Assembly (NCBI GenBank): GCA_036679065.1
Contig: JAZIGN010000004.1
Span: forward strand, 1-64,000
DNA: 64,000 nucleotides
Direction of reading: 5' to 3'
DNA from: Coprothermobacterota bacterium
Lineage (GTDB): Bacteria > Coprothermobacterota > Coprothermobacteria > Coprothermobacterales > Coprothermobacteraceae
The translations under genes and the position numbers were made by a program. Every line of letters begins with the position of its first letter. Position 1 is the stretch's first letter. A model generated the notes under the pieces. That model had not been told where the DNA came from, did no database searches, and was given only the letters and a program-made list of their open reading frames with translations. Of this stretch, positions 55,283 to 64,000 are shown piece by piece.

Positions 55283-56113
55283 ATGCCAGTAAGAAGATAC
55301 AAACCGGTTACGCCCAGCACCAGACACAGAGTGGTCATTGATTATAAGAGTGTAATCACAAAAACGGAGCCAGAGAAGGCACTCCTTGCACCGCTCAAGA
55401 AGAGTGGAGGCAGAAATAATGCAGGACGAATCTCTGTAAGGTCTCGTGGCGGCGGGCATAAGAGAAGGTACAGGATTATTGATTTTAAGAGGGATAAAGA
55501 TGGTATTCCGGGTAAGGTAACGTCCATTGAATATGATCCCAATAGGACTGCGTTCATCGCTTTGGTCACTTATGCAGATGGTGAGAAGCGCTACATACTA
55601 GCACCAGATGAGATCGAGGTCGGAGACGTTGTGATTTCAGGTGAAGAGGCTCCAATCAGAGTCGGTAATGCTTTACCGCTTTCCAAAATCCCCACCGGTA
55701 CAACCATTCACAATATTGAGTTGTACCCAGGACGTGGAGGGCAGCTTGTCAGGTCTGCAGGGACATGGGCACAGCTCATGGCTAAAGAAGGCGATTACGC
55801 GCATGTACGACTGCCCAGCGGTGAAATCAGGCTCATAAATGTAAAGTGCAAAGCCACTATTGGACGCGTTAGCAACCTGGATCATGAGAACGTTTCCTCA
55901 GGTAAGGCTGGAAGAACCAGATGGCTTGGTAGAAGGCCAGAGGTCAGAGGAACTGCCATGAACCCAGTGGATCACCCACATGGTGGAGGAGAAGGTAAGT
56001 CACCCATTGGGCATGCGTCTCCATTATCCCCATGGGGTTGGAAAACACTGGGCTGGAAAACGCGTCGTGGTAAGAAGCCTTCTGACAAGTTTATCGTGAA
56101 ACGGCGTAAGTAA
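55283..56113 (+). CDS. rplB: 50S ribosomal protein L2
   Basis: [19 protein letters not shown]. Confidence 0.97.
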   Translation: MPVRRYKPVTPSTRHRVVIDYKSVITKTEPEKALLAPLKKSGGRNNAGRISVRSRGGGHKRRYRIIDFKRDKDGIPGKVTSIEYDPNRTAFIALVTYADGEKRYILAPDEIEVGDVVISGEEAPIRVGNALPLSKIPTGTTIHNIELYPGRGGQLVRSAGTWAQLMAKEGDYAHVRLPSGEIRLINVKCKATIGRVSNLDHENVSSGKAGRTRWLGRRPEVRGTAMNPVDHPHGGGEGKSPIGHASPLSPWGWKTLGWKTRRGKKPSDKFIVKRRK

Positions 56114-56129
56114 GCGAGGTGAATGAATA

Positions 56130-56420
56130 ATGGCATGGGATAAACCTTATCCAAGAGGAAAATACACAGATCCGAAGTTACTAAAGAAGGTTCAAAAGAT
56201 GCAGAGCACCGGCGATAAGCGTATTATAAAAACTTGGAGTCGGAGGAGCACCATTACTCCAGAGATGGTTGGGCTCACCATTGCTGTTTATAATGGAAAA
56301 GTACACATACCCGTGTATATAACTCAGCAAATGGTGGGGCACAAGCTGGGCGAATTTGCCATTACAAGGAACTTCCGGGGCCACGGTGAACCGGTTGAGC
56401 GTTCCAGTGCGTTGAAGTGA
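56130..56420 (+). CDS. rpsS: 30S ribosomal protein S19
   Basis: KTWSRRS, GHKLGEF. Confidence 0.96.
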   Translation: MAWDKPYPRGKYTDPKLLKKVQKMQSTGDKRIIKTWSRRSTITPEMVGLTIAVYNGKVHIPVYITQQMVGHKLGEFAITRNFRGHGEPVERSSALK

Positions 56421-56432
56421 GGTGTAAAGGTC

Positions 56433-56777
56433 ATGGAAGAACAACAAATGGCTAAGGCAACAGCAAAATACGTCAGAATATCGCCCAGAAAGGCTCGCCT
56501 AGTAGTGGACGAAATCAGGAACAAGTCTGTTTCTGAAGCCAGGGCGATTTTGAAGTACTCTCCCAATAAGGCTGCCAGGTTTACGCTAAAAGTTCTGGAC
56601 TCTGCAGTGGCAAATGCAGTCAATAATAATGGGTTGGACGAGGAACGCCTGTATGTGTATCGTGCTTTTGTGGATGAAGGACCGAGGCTGAAGAGGTATT
56701 ATCCTCGTGCTTTCGGTAGAGCGGACATCATGAAAAGGCGTCTTAGTCACATAACCGTCATCGTTAAAGAGAGATAG
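56433..56777 (+). CDS. rplV: 50S ribosomal protein L22
   Basis: [20 protein letters not shown]. Confidence 0.96.
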   Translation: MEEQQMAKATAKYVRISPRKARLVVDEIRNKSVSEARAILKYSPNKAARFTLKVLDSAVANAVNNNGLDEERLYVYRAFVDEGPRLKRYYPRAFGRADIMKRRLSHITVIVKER

Positions 56778-56790
56778 GGGGAGAAGAGCA

Positions 56791-57495
56791 GTGGGTCAAA
56801 AAATACATCCTTACGGTTTTAGATTGGGTGTTACAAAGAATTGGCGCAGCCGATGGGTTGCACCCTTCGAGAAATACCCTGAATACATTGTCCAGGATGA
56901 AAAAATCAGGACACTTATAAACAAGCACTATGGTCATGCAGGTATCGCCTCTGTGGAGATAGAGCGATTGGGCAACAAGATGCGCGTCATCATTTGGACT
57001 GCAAGGCCTGGCATGATCATTGGAAAACAGGGTGCTGAAATTGAGAGGCTCAGAGAAGAAATCGTAAAACTGCTTAAGAACGATTATGAAGTGAGAATAG
57101 CCATTTACGAGGTAAAGAATCCAGAAATTGATGCACAAATTGTTTCCGATAGCATAGCGCGTCAAATTGAACGCCGTGTTAGCTACAAGAGGGCGATGAA
57201 GCAGGCAATAAGCAGAGCCATACGTTCCGGCGCTCAGGGCATAAAGATCGCCGTTTCCGGACGCCTGGGCGGAGCAGAAATAGCTCGCCGTGAATGGTTC
57301 GTACAGGGCAAACTGCCTTTATCCACTCTAAAATCTGATGTGGACTATGGCTACAGCATTGCCGTAACGAAATACGGCACCATTGGTGTGAAGTGCTGGA
57401 TTTACAAAGGAGACGTAGAGGACTTGCAAGAACTTCTACCTCCGAGAGGCCTAGAAAAGGCAGAGAGGAGGCCAGAGAGACATGCTAATGCCTAA
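56791..57495 (+). CDS. rpsC: 30S ribosomal protein S3
   Basis: GQKIHPYGFRLG, GRLGGAEIAR. Confidence 0.97.
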   Translation: MGQKIHPYGFRLGVTKNWRSRWVAPFEKYPEYIVQDEKIRTLINKHYGHAGIASVEIERLGNKMRVIIWTARPGMIIGKQGAEIERLREEIVKLLKNDYEVRIAIYEVKNPEIDAQIVSDSIARQIERRVSYKRAMKQAISRAIRSGAQGIKIAVSGRLGGAEIARREWFVQGKLPLSTLKSDVDYGYSIAVTKYGTIGVKCWIYKGDVEDLQELLPPRGLEKAERRPERHANA

Positions 57496-57889
57496 ACGTG
57501 TGAAGTACAGAAAGAACCATTTACCACACATAAAAGGAAAAGAAACCAGAGGTCTAAAGCTGGCTTTCGGCGACTACGGTATACAGGCAGTAGGTCGTGG
57601 TTATGTGGATTCTCGCATGATTGAATCCTGCCGTGTCATCATGGCCAAGAACATTGGAAAGACTGGTAAGTACTGGATAAGAATATTCCCAGACGTGGCT
57701 TGGACTAAGAAACCACTTGAAGTGAGAATGGGTGGAGGAAAAGGAGATCCTGAGAAATGGATTTTCCCAGTAAAACCAGGAAGGATCATGTTCGAGCTAA
57801 CCGGAGTTGATGAGGACACAGCTAAGCACATTGCTAGGTTAATAGGATTCCGCCTACCTTTTGAGGTTAGGTTAATTAGTCGTGTGTAA
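57482..57889 (+). CDS. rplP: 50S ribosomal protein L16
   Basis: MLMPKRVKYRK, RMGGGKG. Confidence 0.96.
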   Translation: MLMPKRVKYRKNHLPHIKGKETRGLKLAFGDYGIQAVGRGYVDSRMIESCRVIMAKNIGKTGKYWIRIFPDVAWTKKPLEVRMGGGKGDPEKWIFPVKPGRIMFELTGVDEDTAKHIARLIGFRLPFEVRLISRV

Positions 57890-57904
57890 GGGAAGGTGCA
57901 GCTC

Positions 57905-58099
57905 ATGCAAGGGACAGAATTGAGAGAAAAAACAACGGAAGAATTAGAAGCTTTGCTAAAAGAGTTAAGAGCAAAATTGGTGAATCTGAAATTCCAGCTT
58001 GCAGTGGGTAAGCTGACAGATCATACCGCAATTACAAAGACGAAAAGAGATATTGCACGAGTACTCACAGTGCTAAGAGAGAGGGGTATAAAGCTATGA
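57905..58099 (+). CDS. rpmC: 50S ribosomal protein L29
   Basis: ELR, LKFQ, KRDIARV.T. Confidence 0.93.
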   Translation: MQGTELREKTTEELEALLKELRAKLVNLKFQLAVGKLTDHTAITKTKRDIARVLTVLRERGIKL

Positions 58100-58383
58100 G
58101 GCGTCGATTTGTTGGCGTTGTCGTGTCGGACAAAATGGATAAAACCCGCGTTGTTATAGCCGAGCGCATGGAAAGGCATCCTCTTTACAAGAAGGAGATG
58201 CGCAGGAATACAAAATTCTATGTGCATGACGAAAACAATGTTTCCAAGGAGGGCGACGTTGTTCTAATCGAGGAATTCCGCCCCATGTCTCGGCTAAAAC
58301 GCTTCAATTTGGTAAAGGTTCTCGGTAGGAAGCAGCTTGAGGAGGAGGTTGAAGAAGATGATCAGACCTTACACGAAGCTTAG
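58096..58383 (+). CDS. rpsQ: 30S ribosomal protein S17
   Basis: [20 protein letters not shown]. Confidence 0.95.
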   Translation: MRRRFVGVVVSDKMDKTRVVIAERMERHPLYKKEMRRNTKFYVHDENNVSKEGDVVLIEEFRPMSRLKRFNLVKVLGRKQLEEEVEEDDQTLHEA

Positions 58384-58726
58384 GGTTGCTGATAATACTG
58401 GTGTGAAGACCATCCAAGTGATCCGAGTGCTGAGGGGCCCCAGGGTTGCCTACGGGACCATCGGTGACATTGTGGTAGCTAACGTTCGAGAGGTTTTACC
58501 GAACAGTGATTACAAGAAGGGTGACATCGTAAAAGCCGTGGTTGTTCGTTTGGCTAAAGAAATCAAGAGGCCTGATGGTACGTGCGTGAAGTTTGATGAC
58601 AACGCGGCAGTTATTATCGATCAATTTGGCGAGCCCAGTGGAACGCGTGTATTTGGACCGGTGGCTCGTGAGCTCAGAGAAAAGGGGTATTTGAAGATCA
58701 TTTCACTTGCCCCTGAAGTGTTGTAG
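58358..58726 (+). CDS. rplN: 50S ribosomal protein L14
   Basis: [29 protein letters not shown]. Confidence 0.96.
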   Translation: MIRPYTKLRVADNTGVKTIQVIRVLRGPRVAYGTIGDIVVANVREVLPNSDYKKGDIVKAVVVRLAKEIKRPDGTCVKFDDNAAVIIDQFGEPSGTRVFGPVARELREKGYLKIISLAPEVL

Positions 58727-58744
58727 TGGTGGAGGTCGAATAGT

Positions 58745-59062
58745 ATGAAGTTGAACATAAAAACGGGCGACCTGGTAGAGGTTATAAGCGGCAAGGAAAA
58801 AGGTAAACGCGGCAAAGTGACTAAGGCTTTCCCAAAAGAAAACAAAGTTGTGGTCCAAGGAGTGAACATCATAACTAAGGCAATGAGGCCCACCCAGAAG
58901 GACCCACAAGGTGGACTCAAGAAATTCGAAGCGCCCATTTTCGCCAATAAGGTCATGGTAGTTTGTCCCAAATGCGATAAACCAACGAGGATCGGGCACA
59001 AGTTCTTGGAAGATGGTAAGAAAGTGCGCGTTTGCGTTCGTTGCGGCGAAGTTCTGGATTAA
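58745..59062 (+). CDS. rplX: 50S ribosomal protein L24
   Basis: KOW motif [18 protein letters not shown]. Confidence 0.95.
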   Translation: MKLNIKTGDLVEVISGKEKGKRGKVTKAFPKENKVVVQGVNIITKAMRPTQKDPQGGLKKFEAPIFANKVMVVCPKCDKPTRIGHKFLEDGKKVRVCVRCGEVLD

Positions 59063-59081
59063 GCTTTGGGAGGGTTGAGCG

Positions 59082-59621
59082 ATGAGTTTGAAGGAAAAGT
59101 ATGAAAACGAAGTTAAACCATACATGATGAAAAAGTTTGGTTACAAGAACGTGATGCAGGTCCCGAAAGTGGTAAAGGTCACACTTAACCGCGGCTTGGG
59201 AGAGGCTTTGCAGAACCCAAGAGCTATTGAAGTTACCACGAAGGAATTTGAGATCATAACAGGCCAAAAACCACTGGTTAGGAGATCGAAGAAGAATGTG
59301 GCTGCGTTTAAGCTAAGAAAGGGTGCTCCAATCGGGGTTAGTGTTACCTTGAGAAAGAATAAAATGTGGGATTTCATGGAGCATCTCATTAATGATGTTC
59401 TTCCCAGGGTGCGTGACTTCAGGGGTCTTAACCCGCGTTCTTTTGATGGCAGAGGAAACTACAACTTTGGTCTTTTAGAAGACTTGGTTTTTCCAGAGAT
59501 ATCTTACGATATGATCGATAAAACTAGGGGTTTGGGTATTTCCATAACCACTACGGCAAAAACTGACGAGGAGGCCTTTGAACTCTTGAAGGCATTGGGC
59601 TTCCCGTTCATGGAACGATAA
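59082..59621 (+). CDS. rplE: 50S ribosomal protein L5
   Basis: [21 protein letters not shown]. Confidence 0.96.
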   Translation: MSLKEKYENEVKPYMMKKFGYKNVMQVPKVVKVTLNRGLGEALQNPRAIEVTTKEFEIITGQKPLVRRSKKNVAAFKLRKGAPIGVSVTLRKNKMWDFMEHLINDVLPRVRDFRGLNPRSFDGRGNYNFGLLEDLVFPEISYDMIDKTRGLGISITTTAKTDEEAFELLKALGFPFMER

Positions 59622-59641
59622 ATAGGAATAAGGAGGTTAGT

Positions 59642-59827
59642 ATGGCCAGAAAAGCACTGAAAATAAAAGCTGAGAAGGAGCCTAAATTCTCTACTCGTAA
59701 GTACACCAGATGCAAAATATGCGGCAGGTCCAGGGCTGTCTACAGAGACTTTGGGATTTGTCGTTTGTGTCTGCGCGAACTTGCTCATAAGGGTTCCATT
59801 CCGGGTCTAAAGAAAGCTTCTTGGTGA
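59642..59827 (+). CDS. rpsN: 30S ribosomal protein S14, zinc-binding (type Z) form
   Basis: RCKICGR ... CRLC; 61 aa. Confidence 0.95.
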   Translation: MARKALKIKAEKEPKFSTRKYTRCKICGRSRAVYRDFGICRLCLRELAHKGSIPGLKKASW

Positions 59828-59833
59828 GGTGAA

Positions 59834-60238
59834 GTGAATATGGTTCAAGATACAATATCTGATTTGTTGATAAGACTAAAAAACGCTAGCCATGCTCGCT
59901 TAGAAAGGGTGGAAGGTATCCCTTATGGTAAGTACCAAGAAGAAATATTAAAAGTTTTGGTACGCGAGGGCTACATTAAGAGTTACGAGGTTGAAGAAAA
60001 GGAAGGAAAAAAGTACCTCAGTGTGCAACTCAAGTTTGGCCCTGGAAAGCAGCCTGTGCTTAATGAAGTCAGACTTATAAGTGTACCTTCTCGTAGGATT
60101 TACGCTAAGAAGAATGATATTCCCAAGGTGATGAATGGTCTGGGCATTGCGATTCTGACAACGTCGGCTGGTGTACTGTCTGATGCTGAAGCACGTCAAA
60201 AAGGTGTCGGCGGTCAAATAATCTGCTACGTTTGGTGA
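59834..60238 (+). CDS. rpsH: 30S ribosomal protein S8
   Basis: D.ISD.L.R.KNA, GLGIAI, GVGG. Confidence 0.95.
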   Translation: MNMVQDTISDLLIRLKNASHARLERVEGIPYGKYQEEILKVLVREGYIKSYEVEEKEGKKYLSVQLKFGPGKQPVLNEVRLISVPSRRIYAKKNDIPKVMNGLGIAILTTSAGVLSDAEARQKGVGGQIICYVW

Positions 60239-60249
60239 GGTGGTCATAA

Positions 60250-60795
60250 ATGTCAAGAATAGGTAAAAAGCCAGTCGTTGTTCCAAAAGGTGTGACCGTC
60301 ACCATTGACGGTAGCACAGTTACCGTGAAAGGACCGAAAGGTACTTTGACTCGCACCTTTGATCCGCGCATAAAAATCTCTTTGGTTGATGACCAGGTTA
60401 TTGTGGAAAGGACCTCTGAAGAAAAAGAGGTAAAGGCGCTCCACGGAACCACACGTGCACTCATTCAGAATATGGTTACGGGTGTAAGTGATGGTTTTTC
60501 TATGACATTGAAAATTCGTGGCGTGGGTTACCGTGCGGAGCTTAAAGGTAAGGATTTACAGTTGTCGTTGGGTTTCTCACATCCTGTGGTTATTCAGAGC
60601 ATCGAGGGCGTTCAGTTTCAGGTGCCCTCTGCTGACACGGTAGTCATTAGTGGCATTGACAAACATTTGGTAACGCAGGTTGCCGCAAACATAAGAAGAT
60701 ACAGAATCCCCGATGCTTACAAGGGCAAAGGTATTTGGTATGAAGGTGAGCAGAGAACCTTAAAGCCCGGAAAAGCTGTGGGTAAAGGCAAGTAA
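60250..60795 (+). CDS. rplF: 50S ribosomal protein L6
   Basis: MSRIGK, GVGYRA, YKGKGI. Confidence 0.96.
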   Translation: MSRIGKKPVVVPKGVTVTIDGSTVTVKGPKGTLTRTFDPRIKISLVDDQVIVERTSEEKEVKALHGTTRALIQNMVTGVSDGFSMTLKIRGVGYRAELKGKDLQLSLGFSHPVVIQSIEGVQFQVPSADTVVISGIDKHLVTQVAANIRRYRIPDAYKGKGIWYEGEQRTLKPGKAVGKGK

Positions 60796-60807
60796 TATGG
60801 GAGGTGC

Positions 60808-61182
60808 ATGAGTTTGATTGTGGAAGCATCTAGAGCAGAACTAAGAAGGGTAAGACATAAAAGGATAAGAAAGCACATAACCGGGACAGCTGAAAGGCCC
60901 AGGCTCTGTGTATTCCGGTCTTCAAGGCACATCTATGCACAGATCATCGATGATCAGAACGGTCACACATTGGTTTCTGCTTCCACCTTGGAGGAGCAGC
61001 TGCGTGATCAGGTTAAGGGCTTAAAAAAGACTGAGCAGGCAGCTGCGGTAGGCAGATTGATTGCAGAAAGGGCACTGGAAAAAGGTATAAAAACTGTGGT
61101 TTTTGACCGCGGTGGCTATAAGTATCACGGACGAGTAAAGGCTTTAGCTGACGCGTCTCGTGAAGCCGGGTTGGAGTTCTAG
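60808..61182 (+). CDS. rplR: 50S ribosomal protein L18
   Basis: [20 protein letters not shown]. Confidence 0.96.
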   Translation: MSLIVEASRAELRRVRHKRIRKHITGTAERPRLCVFRSSRHIYAQIIDDQNGHTLVSASTLEEQLRDQVKGLKKTEQAAAVGRLIAERALEKGIKTVVFDRGGYKYHGRVKALADASREAGLEF

Positions 61183-61195
61183 GAGGTGTGCTTGA

Positions 61196-61684
61196 ATGGA
61201 CATGACTAATTTGCAGGAAAGGGTTATCGAGATACGCAGGGTTGCCCGTGTTGTAAAAGGCGGTAAAAGACTTCGTTTCAGAGCGCTTGTAGTAGTAGGT
61301 GACGGCGAAGGACACGTGGGTGTGGGTATCGGCAAAGCTGGAGAAGTACCAGATGCTGTTGCAAAAGCCGTAACGCGTGCTCGGAAAAACATGATTGAAG
61401 TGCCATTAGCGGGTACCACAGTGCCCCACACGGTCATTGCTAAGGCTGAAACCTCCACCGTACTCATAAAGCCTGCCGTAAAGGGAACAGGAGTACTGGC
61501 GGGGCAAACAGTGAGAGCTATTTTGGAAATGGCTGGCATCAAGGACGTCATCACAAAATCCATGGGCTCAACCAATCCTGTAAACCTAGCATATGCTACC
61601 GTGGAAGCTTTAAAGTCTCTGAAAAAGCCCAGAGAAGTTGCAGAATTAAGAGGCGTTTCCATAGAGCAAATACTTAAAAGGTAA
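61196..61684 (+). CDS. rpsE: 30S ribosomal protein S5
   Basis: RVVKGG, LVVVGD, GS.NP.N. Confidence 0.96.
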   Translation: MDMTNLQERVIEIRRVARVVKGGKRLRFRALVVVGDGEGHVGVGIGKAGEVPDAVAKAVTRARKNMIEVPLAGTTVPHTVIAKAETSTVLIKPAVKGTGVLAGQTVRAILEMAGIKDVITKSMGSTNPVNLAYATVEALKSLKKPREVAELRGVSIEQILKR

Positions 61685-61698
61685 TGAGGTGATCGAAA

Positions 61699-62148
61699 AT
61701 GAGATTGCATACGCTACAACCTGCACCTGGAGCTAAGAGCAATAAGAAAAGAGTTGGTAGAGGTACGTCTTCGGGACATGGAAAAACATCGGGCTTCGGC
61801 CATAAGGGTCAGAAGGCACGGTCCGGGCGTGTTGGAAAACGTGGTTTTGAAGGAGGACAAACACCTCTTTACAAGAAGTTACCCAAAATAATGAGGTTCA
61901 AGAATTACCCCTTTAAGGTTGAATACGAAGTTGTGAATGTGGAAAAGCTTAATCGTTTTGAGAACGGATCGGTGGTGGATCTTGGAACGCTCGTTGATAC
62001 TGGTCTGGTGAGTTCTTTGTCGGCAAAGGTGAAAATTCTTGGCCAAGGAGAGATTACAAAGGCTCTTCAGGTAAAGGTTCACGCTGTGAGTCAATCAGCC
62101 AAAAAGAAAATAGAGGCTGCAGGTGGTTCCGTTGAGGTGGTGGACTGA
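61699..62148 (+). CDS. rplO: 50S ribosomal protein L15
   Basis: RVGRG.SSGHGKT, GFEGGQTPL. Confidence 0.96.
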   Translation: MRLHTLQPAPGAKSNKKRVGRGTSSGHGKTSGFGHKGQKARSGRVGKRGFEGGQTPLYKKLPKIMRFKNYPFKVEYEVVNVEKLNRFENGSVVDLGTLVDTGLVSSLSAKVKILGQGEITKALQVKVHAVSQSAKKKIEAAGGSVEVVD

Positions 62149-63438
62149 ATGTGGCAAGTGCTGAAGGCGTCATGGGAGTTTAAAGAAACTCGTGCTCGCA
62201 TCTTGTACACGGTGCTGTTTCTGGTTATCTTCCGTGCCGGAACATTTTTGCCCATACCTGGTGTGAATCCTGAAGCCATTACAGTTTTGCAGGAACAAGC
62301 TGGTTTTTTGGGCATTCTCAACTTCTTTACGGGTGGTTCATCTTACTACACGATTTCCATATTTACTCTGGGAGTACTGCCATACATTAACGCGTCCATC
62401 ATCATGCAGCTGTTGGGAGTGATTTTCCCAGCATTGGAAAACCTTCGTAAAGAAGGGGAAGAAGGAAGAAAGAAACTTCAGATGTATGTTAGGTGGCTTG
62501 GGGCTGCCTTATCCGTGGTTATGTCCTATGCCGCTTACCTTTATTTCTCTTACGGCTTGGCCGTAGGAGGAACTTCACTCATAGCACCGAGTTTCCAATC
62601 AGCGGTGGTAACCACTTTAATTCTGGCAGCTGGGTCCATGTTCTTGGTGTGGCTTGGTGAAGTGTTTACTATGAAGGGCCTGGGAAACGGTGTTTCTCTT
62701 ATCATCTTCTCAGGCATACTTGCTCGCGTAGTACCTTCCTTAATACAGTTTTTCCAAACCTCGAAGAGTACTGGTACAAGCATACTTTCGTTAGTTGTCG
62801 CAGTCATCTTTGGTCTGGTTCTCGTATTCATTACCACTGCTGCATATCTTGCTGAACGTAAGATACCAGTGCAGTACGCAAGCCGTATCAGGGGAACCAA
62901 GGTTTATGGAGGACAGGCAACCACTATCCCCATAAGACTACTGCAAGCTGGCGTTATGCCTATCATCTTTGCTTCAGCATTCATTAACGCACCTACGGTG
63001 ATTTCTGGATGGTTTCCACAGTCAGGCTTCACCAAATGGTGGAACATGTATTTTAATCACATGACCATTTGGTACAATCTGGCATATTTCATTTTGGTCA
63101 TATTCTTTGCCTACTTCTACAACACCATTGCCTATGATCCTGACGAAATTGCAAAGAACATTCAAAAGCAAGGTGGATTCATACCCGGAATACGACCAGG
63201 TAAACCCACAGCTGATTACATCGCAGGAGTGATTTATCGCCTAACACTGCCGGCCTCCATTTTCTTGGGCTTAGTTGCAGTACTTCCCGATTTGTTCATG
63301 CAACTGTTTGGCATGGGAAGGCTTTTCCTTTTCGGAGGAACGTCGTTGCTCATTGTCATTGGTGTGGCTCTGGAAATCTTCCGTCAGCTCGAGGCGTATG
63401 TCCAGCTTAGACACTACAAAGGCTTCCTGGAGCTTTAA
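62149..63438 (+). CDS. secY: Preprotein translocase subunit SecY
   Basis: LGVLPYINASII, GNGVSL, GVMPIIFA, IPGIRPG, GGTSLLI. Confidence 0.97.
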   Translation: MWQVLKASWEFKETRARILYTVLFLVIFRAGTFLPIPGVNPEAITVLQEQAGFLGILNFFTGGSSYYTISIFTLGVLPYINASIIMQLLGVIFPALENLRKEGEEGRKKLQMYVRWLGAALSVVMSYAAYLYFSYGLAVGGTSLIAPSFQSAVVTTLILAAGSMFLVWLGEVFTMKGLGNGVSLIIFSGILARVVPSLIQFFQTSKSTGTSILSLVVAVIFGLVLVFITTAAYLAERKIPVQYASRIRGTKVYGGQATTIPIRLLQAGVMPIIFASAFINAPTVISGWFPQSGFTKWWNMYFNHMTIWYNLAYFILVIFFAYFYNTIAYDPDEIAKNIQKQGGFIPGIRPGKPTADYIAGVIYRLTLPASIFLGLVAVLPDLFMQLFGMGRLFLFGGTSLLIVIGVALEIFRQLEAYVQLRHYKGFLEL

Positions 63439-63440
63439 GA

Positions 63441-64000
63441 ATGATTAGGTACGTCATTTTTCTTGGAAAACCTGGGTCTGGTAAAGGTACTCAGGCCCAG
63501 TATTTTTCAAGATTTGGGTGGATCCATCTTTCCACTGGAGAACTATTCAGGAGGCACTTGCAGGAGAAGACAGTTTTGGGCTCCGAAGTGGAACAATTTG
63601 TAAAAAAAGGCGATTTGGTACCTGATGATGTCACTTTTAGCTTGGTAGAAGACTTTCTGACTAAGGCAAAACCTGATTCAAGGATCATATTCGACGGTTT
63701 TCCACGTAGTGAGAACCAAGCGCGACTACTCGAAGACTGGACTGAAAAGACGAGAGCCTTACTTGTAGCTGCGGTAGAGTTTTTCCTTCCAGATGACGAG
63801 GCTGTAAGAAGATTGCTAAACCGGTATTACTGTCCCACGTGCGGGTATGTAAGCAATGAGCCGGGTTTATGTCCGAACGATGGGAGTTCTCTGGTAAAAA
63901 GGACTGATGATAGTGAGGAGGTAGTAAGGAAACGCCTTGCTGACTATGAATCTTACGCGCCTCAGCTAAGGACTTTTTACCGCAGGAAAGGAAAGTACTT
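63441..64000 (+). CDS. adk: Adenylate kinase, 3'-truncated by window edge (not in ORF track)
   Basis: Manual translation MIRYVIFLGKPGSGKGTQA...HLSTG...GDLVPD...DGFPR; Zn-LID CPTC...CPND. Confidence 0.95.
   Translation, partial: MIRYVIFLGKPGSGKGTQAQYFSRFGWIHLSTGELFRRHLQEKTVLGSEVEQFVKKGDLVPDDVTFSLVEDFLTKAKPDSRIIFDGFPRSENQARLLEDWTEKTRALLVAAVEFFLPDDEAVRRLLNRYYCPTCGYVSNEPGLCPNDGSSLVKRTDDSEEVVRKRLADYESYAPQLRTFYRRKGKY

Noticed and set aside
49097..63688. Many antisense and alternate-frame ORFs across the ribosomal protein cluster
   Set aside because: Shadows of conserved genes with no RBS or family motifs

Overview
A 64-kb, gene-dense, mid-GC bacterial chromosomal segment, mostly on the + strand. 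The divergent 16S rRNA, amino-acid-fermentation genes and very large RNA polymerase subunits suggest a deep-branching anaerobic thermophile, tentatively Coprothermobacter-like (recollection, not a database result). It opens with gcvPA/gcvPB and folD, a glucosyl-3-phosphoglycerate synthase with a ~245-aa USP-like N-terminal extension, and a complete rrn operon (16S, tRNA-Ile, tRNA-Ala, 23S, 5S). Next come two TM2-domain paralogues, tRNA-Leu, a three-gene type IV pilus/pseudopilus cluster, an Fe-ADH, and rpmH-rnpA-yidD-yidC-jag-degV without an adjacent dnaA. The middle holds yihY, suhB-holA-(stand-alone Cas4/AddB-like Fe-S nuclease)-cobO, hutU-ftcd-hutI-fhs, nth, an ECF S-component, a NIF3-like gene, pilD, rnhC, yqeG, an MBL hydrolase and a cstA cluster. 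The window ends with four tRNAs, rpoB, rpoC, and the str/S10/spc clusters up to a truncated adk. I found no CRISPR array, transposase, integrase or prophage, and no clear novel multi-gene system. The most unusual signals are in core machinery: a 2,027-aa RpoC with three large insertions and an apparent 14-aa deletion just after NADFDGD, a remodelled rifampicin pocket, 23S G2058, an archaeal-type 16S G923:C1393 pair, a purine-loaded tuf, and no rpmD in the spc operon. Other notable items are a predicted monofunctional FolD, the USP-GpgS fusion, a PilB lacking its zinc motif beside an aromatic-rich pilin, and the solo Cas4-like nuclease.
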